A stretch of DNA of 56,547 nt, the filler included, from Catajapyx aquilonaris (taxonomy: Eukaryota): assembly GCA_000934665.2 (NCBI GenBank). It is 2 parts of 2 records of this genome, joined end to end, with 100 filler letters (N's around TTAATTAATTAA, not from the genome) between each part and the next. Parts side by side here need not be neighbours in the genome. Positions count along the whole stretch, not along the records: positions 28,326 to 56,547 come from JYFJ02004952.1; 1 more part is not named here. One strand, 5' to 3'. Below the pieces are notes generated by a model that was given only the letters and a program-made list of their open reading frames with translations, did no database searches and had not been told where the DNA came from. Numbering within the stretch: position 1 is the first letter of the stretch; the number at the start of each line of letters is the position of its first letter. The translations under genes were made by a program, and so were the position numbers. Positions 37,190-50,354 of this stretch are shown in pieces.

Positions 37190-38394
37190 TATAAGGAACC
37201 CCGGACCTGGGTCCTCTAGGCCAAGCTAGCTCAGGGTAGTAAAACCAGTTGGGTGATGTAAAACTGTGTATTGCAGGAGTGATCAGATACAGGAGAGTGA
37301 GAGAGCCAGTCTGTCCTTGGGCAGACGCCCCCCTTCTCTTCTTATACTTTTATCCAAAGGTCTCGCCACCAGGCGGGAATCAAGTCAGGCGAGGAGGATA
37401 AATGCCGAACACAACCACGTGGTCCCGACATACCCTCCCACTACAAAAACCTGAAGCGACACCGCTTCAGAACATATGTAAAAAAAATATCAAACACCAA
37501 GCCAATCAAACGGGGGAAAAAATTCAAAAAGCAACGACCCCCAAAAGTCACGATGGGAGTCAAGACTGCTGAATTCGAGGAACGGACTGTCGTTACTCCG
37601 ACTGTCCATTTGGGCGTCCATGACCGCATTGGTCACGCTCTCAGCCTGGTCATTCCTAGCAGCCGGATATGACCATGCTAAATGAGGTGCCACTGATGCA
37701 CTTGCATCAGCTGGAGGTGCCCATGACCTATTTATCATGAGGTCCTCCATGGCTGCTGGTGCAGCCTGTGCAAGGTCACGTAGAGATGCGAACGTATTTC
37801 CTCGAAAGTACGTCCGCAGCTCCTGGTGTAGTCTACGCATTGTAAACTGAACCCTTTCGAGCTGGCTGGCATCTGGCCTCACCTGCTCAAAATAACCTTG
37901 CATGGCCGTTATGAAATGTGAGAGCGGCTCAGAACTGGCCTGTGTACGCTTCTCCATTTCCTCCTTGAGTTTGTAGGTGTATCCTACGCACTCAAATTCG
38001 GCCCTGAATGATGACTCAAATGTGTCCCAATCAGGAAATTGACCATGCAGGTCCGAACCATGCCATTGCCTGACCTTCAAACGCGGTTGGCAACTTCAAC
38101 CTGGACTGCCAGTTGTTGACCGGTGGGTCCACAATGCCGATTAATTGAGCGCCATTGTAAGGAACCCCGGACCTGGGTCCTCGAGGCCAAGCTAGCTCAG
38201 GGTAGTAAAACCAGTTGGGTAAGGTATAACTGTGTATTGCAGGAGTGATCGGATACAGGAGAGAGAGTGAGCCAGTCTGTCCTTGGGCAGACGCCCCTTC
38301 TCTTCTTATACTTTTATCCAAAGGTCTCGCCACCAGGCGGGACTCAAGTCAGGCGAGGAGGATAAATGCCGAACCCGACCACGTGGTCCCGAGA
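37190..38394 (-). mobile_element. Miniature gag-only LTR retrotransposon (Gypsy-derived, 1205 bp)
   Basis: LTRs at 38156-38394 and 37190-37430, PBS-like tggcgctcaa after the 5' LTR, PPT gtagtgggagggta before the 3' LTR, and TSD ATAT (37186-37189 and 38395-38398). Confidence 0.92.
37490..38105 (-). pseudogene. Gypsy/Arc-like Gag capsid fragment (one frameshift near 38055)
   Basis: LPTAFEGQAMAWF / DLHGQFPDWDTFESSFRAEF...EEMEKRTQASSEPLSHFITAMQGYF, a Retrotrans_gag pattern. Confidence 0.85.
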
Positions 38395-39559
38395 ATATGA
38401 TGCACCTCTTAAATTTAACTGACAGTGAAACTCAGCCACACTTGCCTAACACGTGCAAGTGTACTGTACAAGTCTGAGCCAGTACCATTATCCTATGCAC
38501 TATTTTTGCGTAATATTTTGGCATAGAAATGTTGTCCTCTTAATGTGGACAGTGTATCCATATGCTGGGTCAATCTCAAACATACCCTGTATGTAGGCAA
38601 TGGCAGATATTCCGTTATTCATTACTCATTTGACGCTTACACTGCCATTGAACGAATGCAGCGATAGCTACTGCTGTACTTCTTAGGCGAATCGCATACT
38701 TTGCAGTCTATTCACAAGCGAATCCTTTGAACGTGAAAACATCAGACGTGTTATTATTAGATCACATCCGGTTGTCGTGCAGGTGCATGATAGCGTCATT
38801 CGCCCGGCTGTGCTTTGTGTTCTATTGCACTGGTACCATGCATGTGTACTACGTTCAAGTGCCATATAGTGCACTTCTTGAATCATTCTGACAGTTATGT
38901 AATTCCACTTCATTAAATATAATATACTTTAGAGAGGGACATGGTCTACCCTTCTCATCACTCCCTCTTCATTTCATATTCCAGACGAAAGATACAAAGA
39001 AATACAAAGAGTTACAGTATCAGTACAGAATGTGTGAAATGTGAGCAATGGTACAATTCCGCTACATAATCGTCTCCCTGTAGAGTAACCACGAGTGTCA
39101 AAGTGGTGGATAGAGCATAGGAAGGTTCTGCAATAAACCATGTTCCCGTGTATTCTGGGTTTGCTATAAACAGTTTTAGCTTGATGGCGCAGTAAAATAT
39201 CTTTTTAACAGAACAGTTTTTCTCCGCAAAATTTTCTGCTGATCTGATTTTCATCATAATTATGAGCCGGAAATACTTCCTTAGAAATCCTGTACCGGAA
39301 CCGAACTGAAATTTCGCTCCAAGGTAATTATACAGACTTCCTTGACTCCAAGGTCCGTTATGAACAGGTTTCTCACCAATAATTTGCGACCTACTACACT
39401 ACAGTATTACCTCAATTATCAATACTTCTGTAATATAATTAACTATGTATAAATTAACTGTATAACTTGGTTCAATCACGTAGTGAGAAAAGGCTTCCTG
39501 TAAAGTATTGAAACAATTGCTCCTGTGTCATGTCTTACTTTGTAGTCATTATTTGGGAC

Positions 39560-42500
39560 TGGGGTTAATAAATGATTTTATAGTCACTATAGTGTTGTAC
39601 TAGTGTGTACTGGTTTCTTTTTAACTAAGTAGTTCAGTGGAGAAACATTTTTATACTTCCCACAGACTTTTACTTGTGGCGAGCATGTCTCAAATAATTG
39701 GCTGCAGTTCAGATTATGGAGATTTTGAAGATTTTCCCTTCACACCTGCTCGTAATATTGGAGTGGGATTTATTTGTTGACCATTTGTGTTAGTAATTAC
39801 TTTTTGATAACCTTTGTAATTTGTGAAACGAAAGTTTTCTACGTACATAATTTCCTTCAAAAACGCGAGACTTGTGGCTTGTGTTGTAGTCCGAATCCAT
39901 TTACTGTTCTTTTCTACAATGCTGGTATGGGTCGTTTGTTTTTCCCGTGATTTTCTCTCATCAAATGTCATCCCTGCACACAATTCAACTGGAGATAAAT
40001 TCAACGTCCGAGATTGGAACACGCAATATACTACGAGCTGGTCATACTTTTCTCAACCTGGGTGATACAAATTTGCTTCAATCGTTGTTCTTGGTACCCA
40101 AAGGGAACTCGAGTTTGCCCCTTTGCAGGCACTTTGCAGATGTGTATGGGTAAGAGTGTTGCGTTCAATATTATGGGTACATTTTCCACCATTGACGAAA
40201 CTAATGGATCCAGATGTCAGGGGCGGGTGGAGGGGGCTCTGGAGAGGGTGTCCTATGCTACGCTTATGTGTCTCACTTTTAATTTAGTGAATAATGGCCA
40301 AATTGCGTTTGTGGAAGCAAATCCCTTATTATTTCTGAAATATTGTGCTGCCCTCGCTGATTGCGTCGTCATTGCGAACGGAATGCCTAAGTATTTATAT
40401 TCCGATACCGGACTCTATTTTTGTTTTATCCCAATAAAAATTGTATTTTGATGATTCTCTCCCTCCCTTTCTGAAGACCACTATTTTAGTTTTTCACACA
40501 TGTATTTATAAATATTCTCCCATTATTCGTAAGCCTTTCCTAATTGCCAATGGATTACTCGCTAAAATTACTAGGTCATCCGCAAATTGTAAAATATTAA
40601 TCGCTGGAGCATTTTTGTTAAACGGTACTCCCTCTATTTCGTTTTCCGTAAATATATTCGCGGTAAGTCTGACAAATATAAGCTAAATAGCATTGGGCTC
40701 ATCTTGTAGTTGGCTCTTGTAACCGAATTTACCCCTTTTCGTATTTGTATATTTTTTGCGCGAGCAGGGTAAGAAGAAATATATGGTCCTGGCAGCCTCT
40801 GCCTTTTCTGAACCCTGCTTGATTCTCTGCAATTTGTGTTGAGTTTTCTCTTTGTGTGTAGTGGTTTTCACTAATGTCCAAAATTCTGTAGTACTCTTAT
40901 TAGCCAGTAATTTTTGTATTGTATTATTATAATAAGAGTGTTTTCTTCGCTCTCTGTTCCTTTTTGTACCAGCTGACTTCCCTATTATACTCCTGTCTAG
41001 TAGTTATCGTCAGATTATCTTTCCAACCGCGAAGAGATTGCAACGTGAAAAACATCTTGAAGCAGTCCCTGGGATACAATCGCATAATCCAACACGGTAC
41101 TATCTCTATTTGAACAAAATGTTAAATGGCCTTCAGCATCTGCTTCCGTTCTCCCGTTTAATATTGTCATTTTGGCTTCTTCCGAATACACCACCACCAC
41201 CACATAATTTCATTTTCTAATTGGTCTAAACAACTATTCAGGTTTGCTGATGGTGATACATATACCAATCCAAACATTATTTTGTATTTCATTGGGACTT
41301 CTAACTCTACAAATATATACTCAGGTGATTTACAACGTAATATTGGCTTCCACTGATTTTTAATAAACATTGTCATCCCTCCTTTTGATCGACCCAAGAG
41401 AGATAGGCGGCCCCCTACGTCTCTGACCCACTTTAGCCGTTCTTGTCGATTTTACCACAAAACTCGACCATTCAGTACCAACCTGAAATTGGTCGTTATA
41501 CATGTCCCAAGTTCCTATTCCTCCAAATACTTCCAAGCCCTTCATCTCTTTTTGACATTTCTGCATTCCATGTTACCATTTTGAATGTTGATTTACTGTT
41601 TTCCATCTTAATAATTCTTACCCCGTTATCAGCCTATCGGCTCTTTAGGGGGGAAGTTTTTGTTTTGCCTGGAACTCTTTGCTTTCATTTTACTGCGCTT
41701 TTTGGGATAGGATAGGGACGGAAGGAAGCGGCTGTGGCCTATTAATAACGGAAGCCAGACAGTGCTGGCATCAGTTTTTGATGCTTATCCAGTTGCCGGT
41801 CTAACGATGAACTTGGAGCTGCTCGCTTCTGGTTGGATCTTTTGTCATGTTCCCGGTCTCCTCTGTTGGTTGACCTTCCCCGTCTGCTGGCAAAATCATC
41901 AATGCTTCTTACCTGCTCCAGTGTATAGAATCTGCCATCGATCTTATTTGCTCGGTCACGTCTTAACACTGCTGTTTTCCCGTCTTCTTTCGCCCTACTG
42001 ACACACTTCATCTGGTTTCACGGGTATATTGCGAGAAGTCTTCCGTTAATGCTAATTTAGTATTGCGCAACTTGACAGCATTTGCTAATAGGCCTTCCTT
42101 GTCCTTGAAGTATATGTATCTCAGGATTACGGGGCGGATCTTACCCCGGACGAATCTGCCTAGCCTGTGACATCGTTCTATCGACAAGTTGTATCCTTCG
42201 TCCAACACCCTGTAGTGGTGCAATGCTCTTATTGTCCTGTCCTCGCAGCTGGACCAGGATTCTTCCATATATGGATCTACCTCGGTCTTCCATATCCGCG
42301 ACTTCATCTGCAACTGTTCCATTGGCCCCTGACGTACCTCAGTTCGTCCGACATCGCTGTCAGCTGTCTGTGCACTTCCTTGGTGTGAGCTTGGCGTGCT
42401 TCCGTAAAGGTTCCTGTTAATTTGCTTCTGTAGCCTTGTCGCCATCCTTTCTTCCATGCGCTGCAGCAGGAGTTCGATTTCCGCTGTAGTCGCCCCCCTT

Positions 42501-42590
42501 TATTACCTCCTCCTCCTCTGATCACCAGGATCTGGGTTGCTCTAATCGGAGCTGACTGACCGCACGTGCTGTACACTCAGCGGCTGCCTT
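39560..42590 (-). mobile_element. Degenerate non-LTR retrotransposon (LINE, RTE-X/CR1-group-like) with an internal deletion; ends approximate
   Basis: ORF1 remnant with L1-type RRM (SIERCHRLGRF..KIRPVILRY..FKDKE..TEDFS, about 41760-42457). APE endonuclease motifs VTWNA, GRSKGG, VYVSPS, ILNGR..TF..STVLDY. RT motifs QFADD (about 40575-40590), KTKIVVFRKGGR and YKYLG. Confidence 0.88.
41609..41755 (-). mobile_element. 5'-truncated SINE family A (tail 1) at the LINE ORF1/ORF2 boundary
   Basis: Reverse complement matches the 3' half of 11909-12211. Confidence 0.88.
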
Positions 42591-45500
42591 GTGAGAAGTG
42601 GCATAGGTCAACCTAATTGCCTCTCCTTACAGTTCCAATCATCAACTGAAGCTGAGTTTGCCATCAAGAGTTGTTTCGAGCCTGCAGAACCCTCAATAAC
42701 AACTCAAGTCAACAACTGGTTGAACACATGTATTTAGCACAATGTTCACATAATAACAGACTGCTCGGGACATCATTCTGAACAATAACAAGCACTTCAA
42801 ACAGTGGTGTCTGTAGTCATAAACTACACTGTGATGAATAATGTTCATGATTTGTGAATGCCATGTATGACAAATGGTCTCAGACTCTGTAACTTAATGC
42901 GGATGTGTTTTGTGTTATATTACATTTTGAAGTGCTGCTCTTGCCCAAATATATTGTGCTTGCTCACAATGGTTTTCAAAAGTTGCTTTTTGCCTTGCAT
43001 CGGATACGTTTTCTTCAGATGGTCGCATATATTGCATGTGCTTGACCATGTCTGATTTGCCATGTATTGAATATTAATAACTGAACTACAAGCTTAGCAT
43101 CAAGCACGAATAGTTTTATTGTGAAGGACTGAGCATGGTAAATTGGTTCAGGAAGAGTGGTTGATGTGGAAATGTAGAGCCCATGATGAGGCTTAGTTCA
43201 TGCAGCAGGGTCTGACAGGATTAGAAGTAGGGCCAGGAGACACCCAATTAACAGCAGGTCTTTAAGCGTATGTACAAAATTGCACATTACAGCTGGTTAT
43301 TGTAACGTAATTGTAGTCACTATTGCTTGGTTTCACAAGAATTATTCTCTTGCAAACCATTTCATATCCCTTGTCTCTAGAACAATCCACTTCAGCTGAA
43401 CCCAAATGTCTTAGGTCATCCTTGCCAATTTTGTTCATATTCGGCACACTTGTAAGTATGTCTTACAATTGTCGAAGTAAGCATAAATACGGTATGCCGG
43501 CTAGTCTGCATGGAGTTCATATCACATTATTGCCCTTGGTGAATCGTATCGTATTTTATAGTCCATGCCTTTCTTTGGATACACAATAAAACCTGATAAA
43601 GATTTTGGCTAAGCAAAATACAGAATGTGATTATACGTCACACCCTAGGTAAGTATCAGCTCATTGTTATACTCATGTTTTCTTGCAAGTCTCTGGCTGT
43701 ATGCAGCACACACCCCTTAAATGACTCGCTGTGAACCGTTTCTTTCTCTTCGTCAGGCACAATTCCTTATTGCCATCATCCTGGTCACGAGTACCTATCT
43801 GGCCGTATTCGACCTTTGTTTTCAAAGTGTTAGATAATTCGCCCTTTTTGCTCCAGGATTACCAGGGACACATGAAGGACTTCTTCATGATGCACGTCAC
43901 AATATTATGTGAGTTGGCCTGACGGCATATAATTTCTAAGGGACGCCTAATGTCCCTAAACGTCATGATTTGGCGGCGGTCGATGGTTATTTTCTTGGTG
44001 TCTGCATGCCAACTGAGATCCTCTTTATGGACGACAGTGGCTGGGAAGCACATATACTATCCTACAAACCCTGCTGTGACTTGTTGTATATCTTCTTGCC
44101 CATGAGACATTTTGCGACCAAGCTCTTCCGTCGGTCCAATATTCGCCGATACCATCTTCATTAAAGCCAGTTCGTGGCTCCTGTCATTAGAGGATTTATG
44201 GTTGTGTTGCTTTTCTCATCTTCACCCACCGTAACAGATCTGCTCTGTCCGGCTTTTGTACTATGGACAGGGTACACAGGTTGTTATTTCTATAATATAC
44301 CATAGACTGCTCTAGTGAAATGGCTAAGAACCAGGAGTAAGACGGACACTACGCAATTCAACCAACCACGACCGTTGTGACCCAAAGAGAGGCAAAACAG
44401 ATTCAATTAACGATGGTGAGATGTGTAAAGAAATCCCTATGAATGATTGTTTCAAATGATTTAGTAAGAGAACATTGTGAAATTTAACATGTGTGGTGTA
44501 ATCAATATGTAAGCTGAGTATTATTGTGGGCCACACATAAATTTAATTAAGGGTCAGTGTTAGACAATAATGTGTCTTGAAATATTCCACACAAATAATT
44601 ATTCTGATTGTAGGCCTCTTACGTCCTCGTTCTCCAACAGGTCCATCAGAGGCTCAGCAGTTCCTGCACGTTTCTCTTTGGCCTGGCCGCCCTCATTCAT
44701 CTGCGCATCACGCGTATGTCCTTTTCCACAATGATTACCCTTCCGGGATGGCTGTGGTCTGGTTGTACATTTCTTCTCATGATCATGGAACAAAAATATT
44801 ATTAGATTGTCCACTAAATGCAGGAGCCAGATATTTCATAAATGTCCCTAAACAGACTTCCTAACAGTAACATAATATGAAGGATGCATACAGTAGCAGA
44901 AACAGGATTGCAGTCATGAAGTCTCAAGGAGAGTTCAGACTCACTGATCTTGAAGCTTTGCCACGATGTGGTTGGACGACTTCAGAATTTTCTGGGCAGA
45001 TGCATATGGGGAGAAAAAATCGCCGAAGAACCTTGTGGTGTTGCAACTCACACCTGTAATCAAACACTACTTTTCAAGAACCCTTGGTTCAAAGGTTCAT
45101 CTGGGTTCTCTTATAAATTATCTGACATAGTGAGACAGGCTGTGTATTAAATATCTTGGGTGTTTTGAATATTTGAAAAGGCGTTTCTACCATGATAGAC
45201 AAAACATCAAGAAAGGCGGCCTGTGCTCTTGAAGGTATCTTGCATGCCCAATGTGCCCCCTGTGCAGTATACATATCTCAATTGTACTGTTAAAATGTGT
45301 GATTTTTTAAAAGTACGTATAATCATTCTCTGATGTATTACAATGATTTGTAACGTGTACTGATTTAGTTGATGTGTCGACATCTCAGTGATTGTTACTC
45401 TAGCCTCTTATATTGGGCGAATATCGTTTTATGATACGCCCTGCCATGTTTCTGCTGCTTAGGTGTTGTGCTGGACTTTTTTTTAAAAAAAAATCCAGCT

Positions 45501-46525
45501 GATAAACTGGATCTTGTAAAATGTCATGTAAAACGTACTTCTTGTTGGTAGTAATGTTTGCTAATATGAGATTGTGTTAAGTCCAGATATTTATTAACAT
45601 ATATGTGAGCTTCCTGCTGGGACGATTTGGAGAACCAGCCTGCATCGAGATCTTTATATCTCTTGAATGGACGATGAAGAGAGTGAGATGTCATTTAAAT
45701 AATTGTCATTGGTTGAGTGGCACCTCTGGCTTGGTTTGGGAATGGAGACTGGGGCCCACCTGCTTCAACTTGAAAACCTTTGAAATTATGGGGACATATT
45801 AGGTATATCAATCCATGCTCATGCAACAATGGCTGCCAAGCGGGGAGATGAAGTGGCGCCGTGGTAACGTCACAAAGGGCAACGATGATCTGACACAATA
45901 AAAATAATGAAACTAGAAGTTATAATCTTGCCTATTAAATAAAACCTCTGCATAAAGGCATCATCATTACTGTTACGCCACATTTACGAACATCAAGTGG
46001 CTACATTGGCAGTTGTAGCAACTGGGTACCAAAGCAACGTGTCGGAAATGTAGTAGTTATGTATATCGGCGATATATATAACTGTTAGAAGCAAGTAAGA
46101 GAGCGAACCGGTCGGTTGCGTTGAGTTGTCCTCCCGGATTTGGCCGTCTCATCTCTTCCCTAATTCGCGACATCTAATTCAGTCTCTAACTCAGTCACTT
46201 CTTAGCTTGTGTTGTCCCCTTTCCCTGACCACTTAGGGTATGGCTAGCATTGGAGGGTAGTTGTGCCTTGGCAGGTGTGGCTGCCACCTGATATTCTTTG
46301 ATTGTTGAATACGACAATTTGGCAGGGAACTTTGAAATATTGACGAGTAAAACAATTTATTATTGATTCAATCAGACAATGGTAGTGACGTCATAAAGGA
46401 CAAACACGATCTGACAAATATTGTGAGTCAGAACTCCAAGTAAGCCACTCTCCAGGGTATTGAACAGCTTACCTCATAACAATAAGGAACAAAAATATTG
46501 GTTTTAGATTCTGCTTCGGAGGTCT

Positions 46526-46603
46526 ATGTCTGCAATTCTTGGATCCAACAGCCACATCCCCCAAGTACCTTGCTATCTTCCACCAAGCTGCAAGAACATG
46601 CAG
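46526..46603 (+). CDS. Possible upstream exon of the CHHC zinc-finger gene
   Basis: MSAILGSNSHIPQVPCYLPPSCKNMQ ends at a strong donor CAG|GTAAGG, in phase with the exon at 46830. Confidence 0.35.
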
Positions 46604-46829
46604 GTAAGGGTATGCTCTGCAACTAATCATTGGCCCCTCTCCAACACACACATTATAAAAACCATCAAAAATTGCAGAAAGGTCATAATTATTATAAAAT
46701 ATTCAATAGATCTGCAATATAGTTTTGAGTAGTTTGAAGTCTGCAGAAAGGTAGCATGGCCGTTCCCGCGCTAATTAATGCAAGTAACTTCCTGTATTGA
46801 AAATAAACCAATGTTCAATTACTCGGCAG

Positions 46830-47027
46830 GTGATTGTAGCGATGTGTTGTAACGACGGAAGCGACTCGGACCAGGGAATCACGGTGCCATACCCTCTGGC
46901 AGAAGGAGACGTGGTAAAGGTCTGTCCGTACAACCGAAGACACAGGATATTGGGCAGCAAGTTCGCCAAACATCTTGTAAAATGCAAGAAATGGACCCTT
47001 GCCAATTTTTTCATATTGAAAACATAA
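46830..47027 (+). CDS. CHHC (U11-48K/GTSF1/Asterix-type) zinc-finger exon; gene or pseudogene
   Basis: Acceptor ggcag|GTG, ATG at 46842. VCPYNRRHRILGSKFAKHLVKCKK has C-x5-H-x9-H-x3-C spacing with the CPY and HL.KC.K signature. Confidence 0.7.
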   Translation: MIVAMCCNDGSDSDQGITVPYPLAEGDVVKVCPYNRRHRILGSKFAKHLVKCKKWTLANFFILKT

Positions 47028-47982
47028 AAATAAGCTAGAAACATACATGATTGTAGATATGGAGTTATTAATATGGGGTATGGAGCTTGGTATTTTGAAT
47101 ACAGACATACCGTCCATTGGCGCCACAAAATACCTAAGAAAGATTCTGGCTAGAAAATTCATAATGTGATGATACGTCAAACACTAAGTAGTTCTCATCT
47201 CACTATTATCGACTATTATTGTGCTGATCGGGAAAATGCAGCACCTTTTATTAACAATTTGTTGTAGGAAAATGCCATAGGCTCTGGTCGGTTACCTCCA
47301 CCATACTTGTATAATTTTCCGTCCTGGGAAGCTCATGCGAGGCCCACTGTCGCTGTTGGTGATTTATTGCGTGGTGTCAGCATGCCCACTGGGTCCTTCT
47401 GTGTTGTAGAGCTGAAGTCCACCTACCTATCTTACAAACCTCGCTGTCAAGGTTGGTTTGCCACCAAGCTTGTGTATCCATAGGCCCATTTAGTCATTAC
47501 ATCTTCATACAACCCGCTAGTTGGATTATGTCATAATGACTGTGTCTCAAGCTCTCGTAGTACCTCGCATTTTTCCACCTTGTTAGATGGTGAGAGACCA
47601 TCTTGGCCATCTTGATAGATCACAGCTTGTTAGTGAGTCTTATCCACTGGGATCAATCCCAACTATTGTCGAAGCGGGTGCAATGTGATGGAAGCATCTA
47701 AATGTTTAGGTTACTATTGTTTAGTGTCACTTTATCTGAATCAATGTTATGGCTCTGTGCGTCAACGGGTGCAAATGTATTGACTCCCGTGTTTTCCTGG
47801 ATGTATTACAAGCCATTTCTGGAATGACTGCAAGTTACGATTAATTACGAGCGCTAATACTAAGTACGTATTACTACTAATATATCATTACTAACCTCAC
47901 GAATGTTTGATTTCATAATTGTGAAGAGTAATACATTAATATTTGAAACGTTGAATGACAAAATATATTGCACTTGTGATAA

Positions 47983-48415
47983 GAAATAATATTGTTGTAT
48001 GTGGCGAAAAATCCTTAATCAATCCATGTTCCTCGTCTTCCATTACTTGCAATCACAGTACACTCCCAGCCTATAGCTAGGAATATACTGGAGCTATTGG
48101 CCAGCAACACACTTGCGTTGCAAGTAATGATAAGTACAGGTTTCAACATGTGGTCATGCGTACCCTACTCCGACATTCCTCACCAGAGGTTGAAACCGGG
48201 GAACGAGAGCAACTAGCGCCCCAGACGTTTATTGCATTTTTCTTGGGATAAGATATAATCGAAATAATATTGTATGTGGCGGACTCCTTAATAAATCCAT
48301 GTTCCTCATCTTGCGTTACTTGCAACCACAGTACACTCCCAGCCAATGGCTAGGAATATACTGGAGCTATTGGCCAGCAACACACTTGCGTTGCAAGTAA
48401 TGATTAGTGCAGGTT
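47983..48415. repeat. Direct repeat pair of about 155-160 bp (47983-48142 and 48261-48415) with a 118-bp spacer
   Basis: Shared core gctaggaatatactggagctattggccagcaacacacttgcgttgcaagtaatgat. Confidence 0.85.
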
Positions 48416-49312
48416 GTACGTGGCAAAATATATTGCAATGTGAGAAATGTCCTGACATCCTAATTAGAACGTTTTTTATTTTCTTTATTTTTAACCTGAA
48501 GCATCCTAGACACTGGTTCACTTAAAAGTGTTTCTTGAAATCCATATTCAAAAGAAGTCCCTCCGGAATTTCACTATCAGTCGGACGTTGTCATTCAATA
48601 GTGAGTCAACATGAGAACAGTTTGGGGGAAAAGCACTTTGAAGGTCATACCTGTCAGATTAATGCAGTGTTCTTTTCGGTCATTTATGCCAGACGTATGC
48701 AGATTTCACCAGCGTGATTTTAACTGCATTGAATATTTAGGATCCTTTAGGTATATGTTCCTGGGCTTAGCTAGTTTTGACATTTTTGTGGGTTGACAAA
48801 TTATTGCATAACACCGTCCAATTTATTGTTGGCATGCCTTACTGGTGACATACTGGTGTCGTAGCACAGTCATCATCCGAAACTGGTTTAGTTGGTGACA
48901 GATGGTTGTGAATAAGATATCTCTTTGTTGGCCTTCTTTGATATTCATGGGATGATTGAAAATATCACGTAAGGAGTATTGTGCATGAGAGTTTTCCCCG
49001 GAGGTTCTGGCTAATTGACCTGCTCAAATGTTCTATTTTGTGACTGCCAGGAAGTGTCCTAGCTAAGTGTCTCAGAAGTACCTTTAGAAGACTAGCGACT
49101 TCTTCATTTGCAACAATGAATGTCCAGGCTAAGATATTTTGTATCTGTTGCTCGGCCGATACACTTATAGTCTTGAAATAAAATTTATTCTCATTCACTT
49201 ACCCAATCATAAGTCCAAACGTGTAATGTGAACAGGACACTACAGCCGAGATCTGGTTCTTAGGACGATTGAATGGGACTTATCGATAATATTATGTTGT
49301 ACTACACTACAT

Positions 49313-49900
49313 TCATGGGTATGACTGGCCTTGTGATGGTGGAGCCTTGGGCTCGGTGTTTCCCTTTTGCCAATCTGCTTGACCTCCCTTGGATGGACAT
49401 GGTTGGGAGACCTGGTTGCGTAGGAAACTAGTTTTGGGATGGCTCAATGGCTTGGAAAGTCTAATGTTTTGGTCTGAGGTTGTATCGGCGTGAGGAGACA
49501 TATAAGATGATATGGAACTGCTATACTTGGGGACTTTGTCGGCAACAGCCGCAAAAGATTATTATTGGCGTAAGGTTGGATGGCATCAGGTCTCCTTCTA
49601 GGAAGTCTCTAGGGTCTGTTATTATGCCATGATTATTTTTATAATGAATGATGGTTTTTTTGTAAGCAAGGTTTGACGATGGTTGACGAAGGGCGGACTT
49701 TTGGACCGGGTTGTGATAATAAGATGCTGTGCGAATAGACTGTTGACGTCATCGAATGGTAACGGTGTCTTCTCATCGGTCTTCTCTCGATTCTTGGATA
49801 CTCCTGCATTCCGTGAGCAGGATGGAGATTTATTTGTCCTTTCTGCTGGTTCTTGTCGATATAATTATGTCCTAGTATGTTTTTAAAGTTTTGCCATTCA
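49313..49900 (-). mobile_element. Degenerate repeat, possibly a LINE ORF1 remnant; related segments at about 52195-52525 and 53165-53210
   Basis: Shared tgaggttgtatcggcgtgaggagacat, caacagccgcaaaagatta, ctctcgattcttggata and acatggttgggagacctggttgcgt. SFAAV motif on the minus strand. Confidence 0.5.
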
Positions 49901-50354
49901 TTGCGCCGACTTCTGGCATCTGGCTTAATCGGTTGGGATTTAAGGCATCTGATTTCAGTAATTTGTGATATGACAAGATTTTCTAATATATTATTAAGAA
50001 ATATTTGGGTGAGCTAATTATATTTTATTGGTATTTTCGGAAACCACTTATATTAGCTGCCAGGATAGAGAATGTCTTGAGGAGACATTTTAAACGTATG
50101 GTAAATTGTTCATTGTCTCTGAATTTTGGTCGCTTCTGGTCGCCATTTTTCTTCCAAAGTAGTAGTCTCTTTAGCATGTCACATTTATTGATATTTATAA
50201 TGTCAATATATTGAGATTTTACCATATTTTCTAATGCAGGATTATTCTTGTGGGCTGAAACCATGTTGCCATGAGAGTGTATAACTCGTAAAATAATTTA
50301 CTACAACTCCATTTTCCATTTAATGTTTTTCTATATTATTTTCGGCCTCATATA

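Noticed and set aside
47983..48415. CRISPR-like repeat-spacer arrangement
   Set aside because: Only two long repeats, eukaryotic context, and no cas genes.
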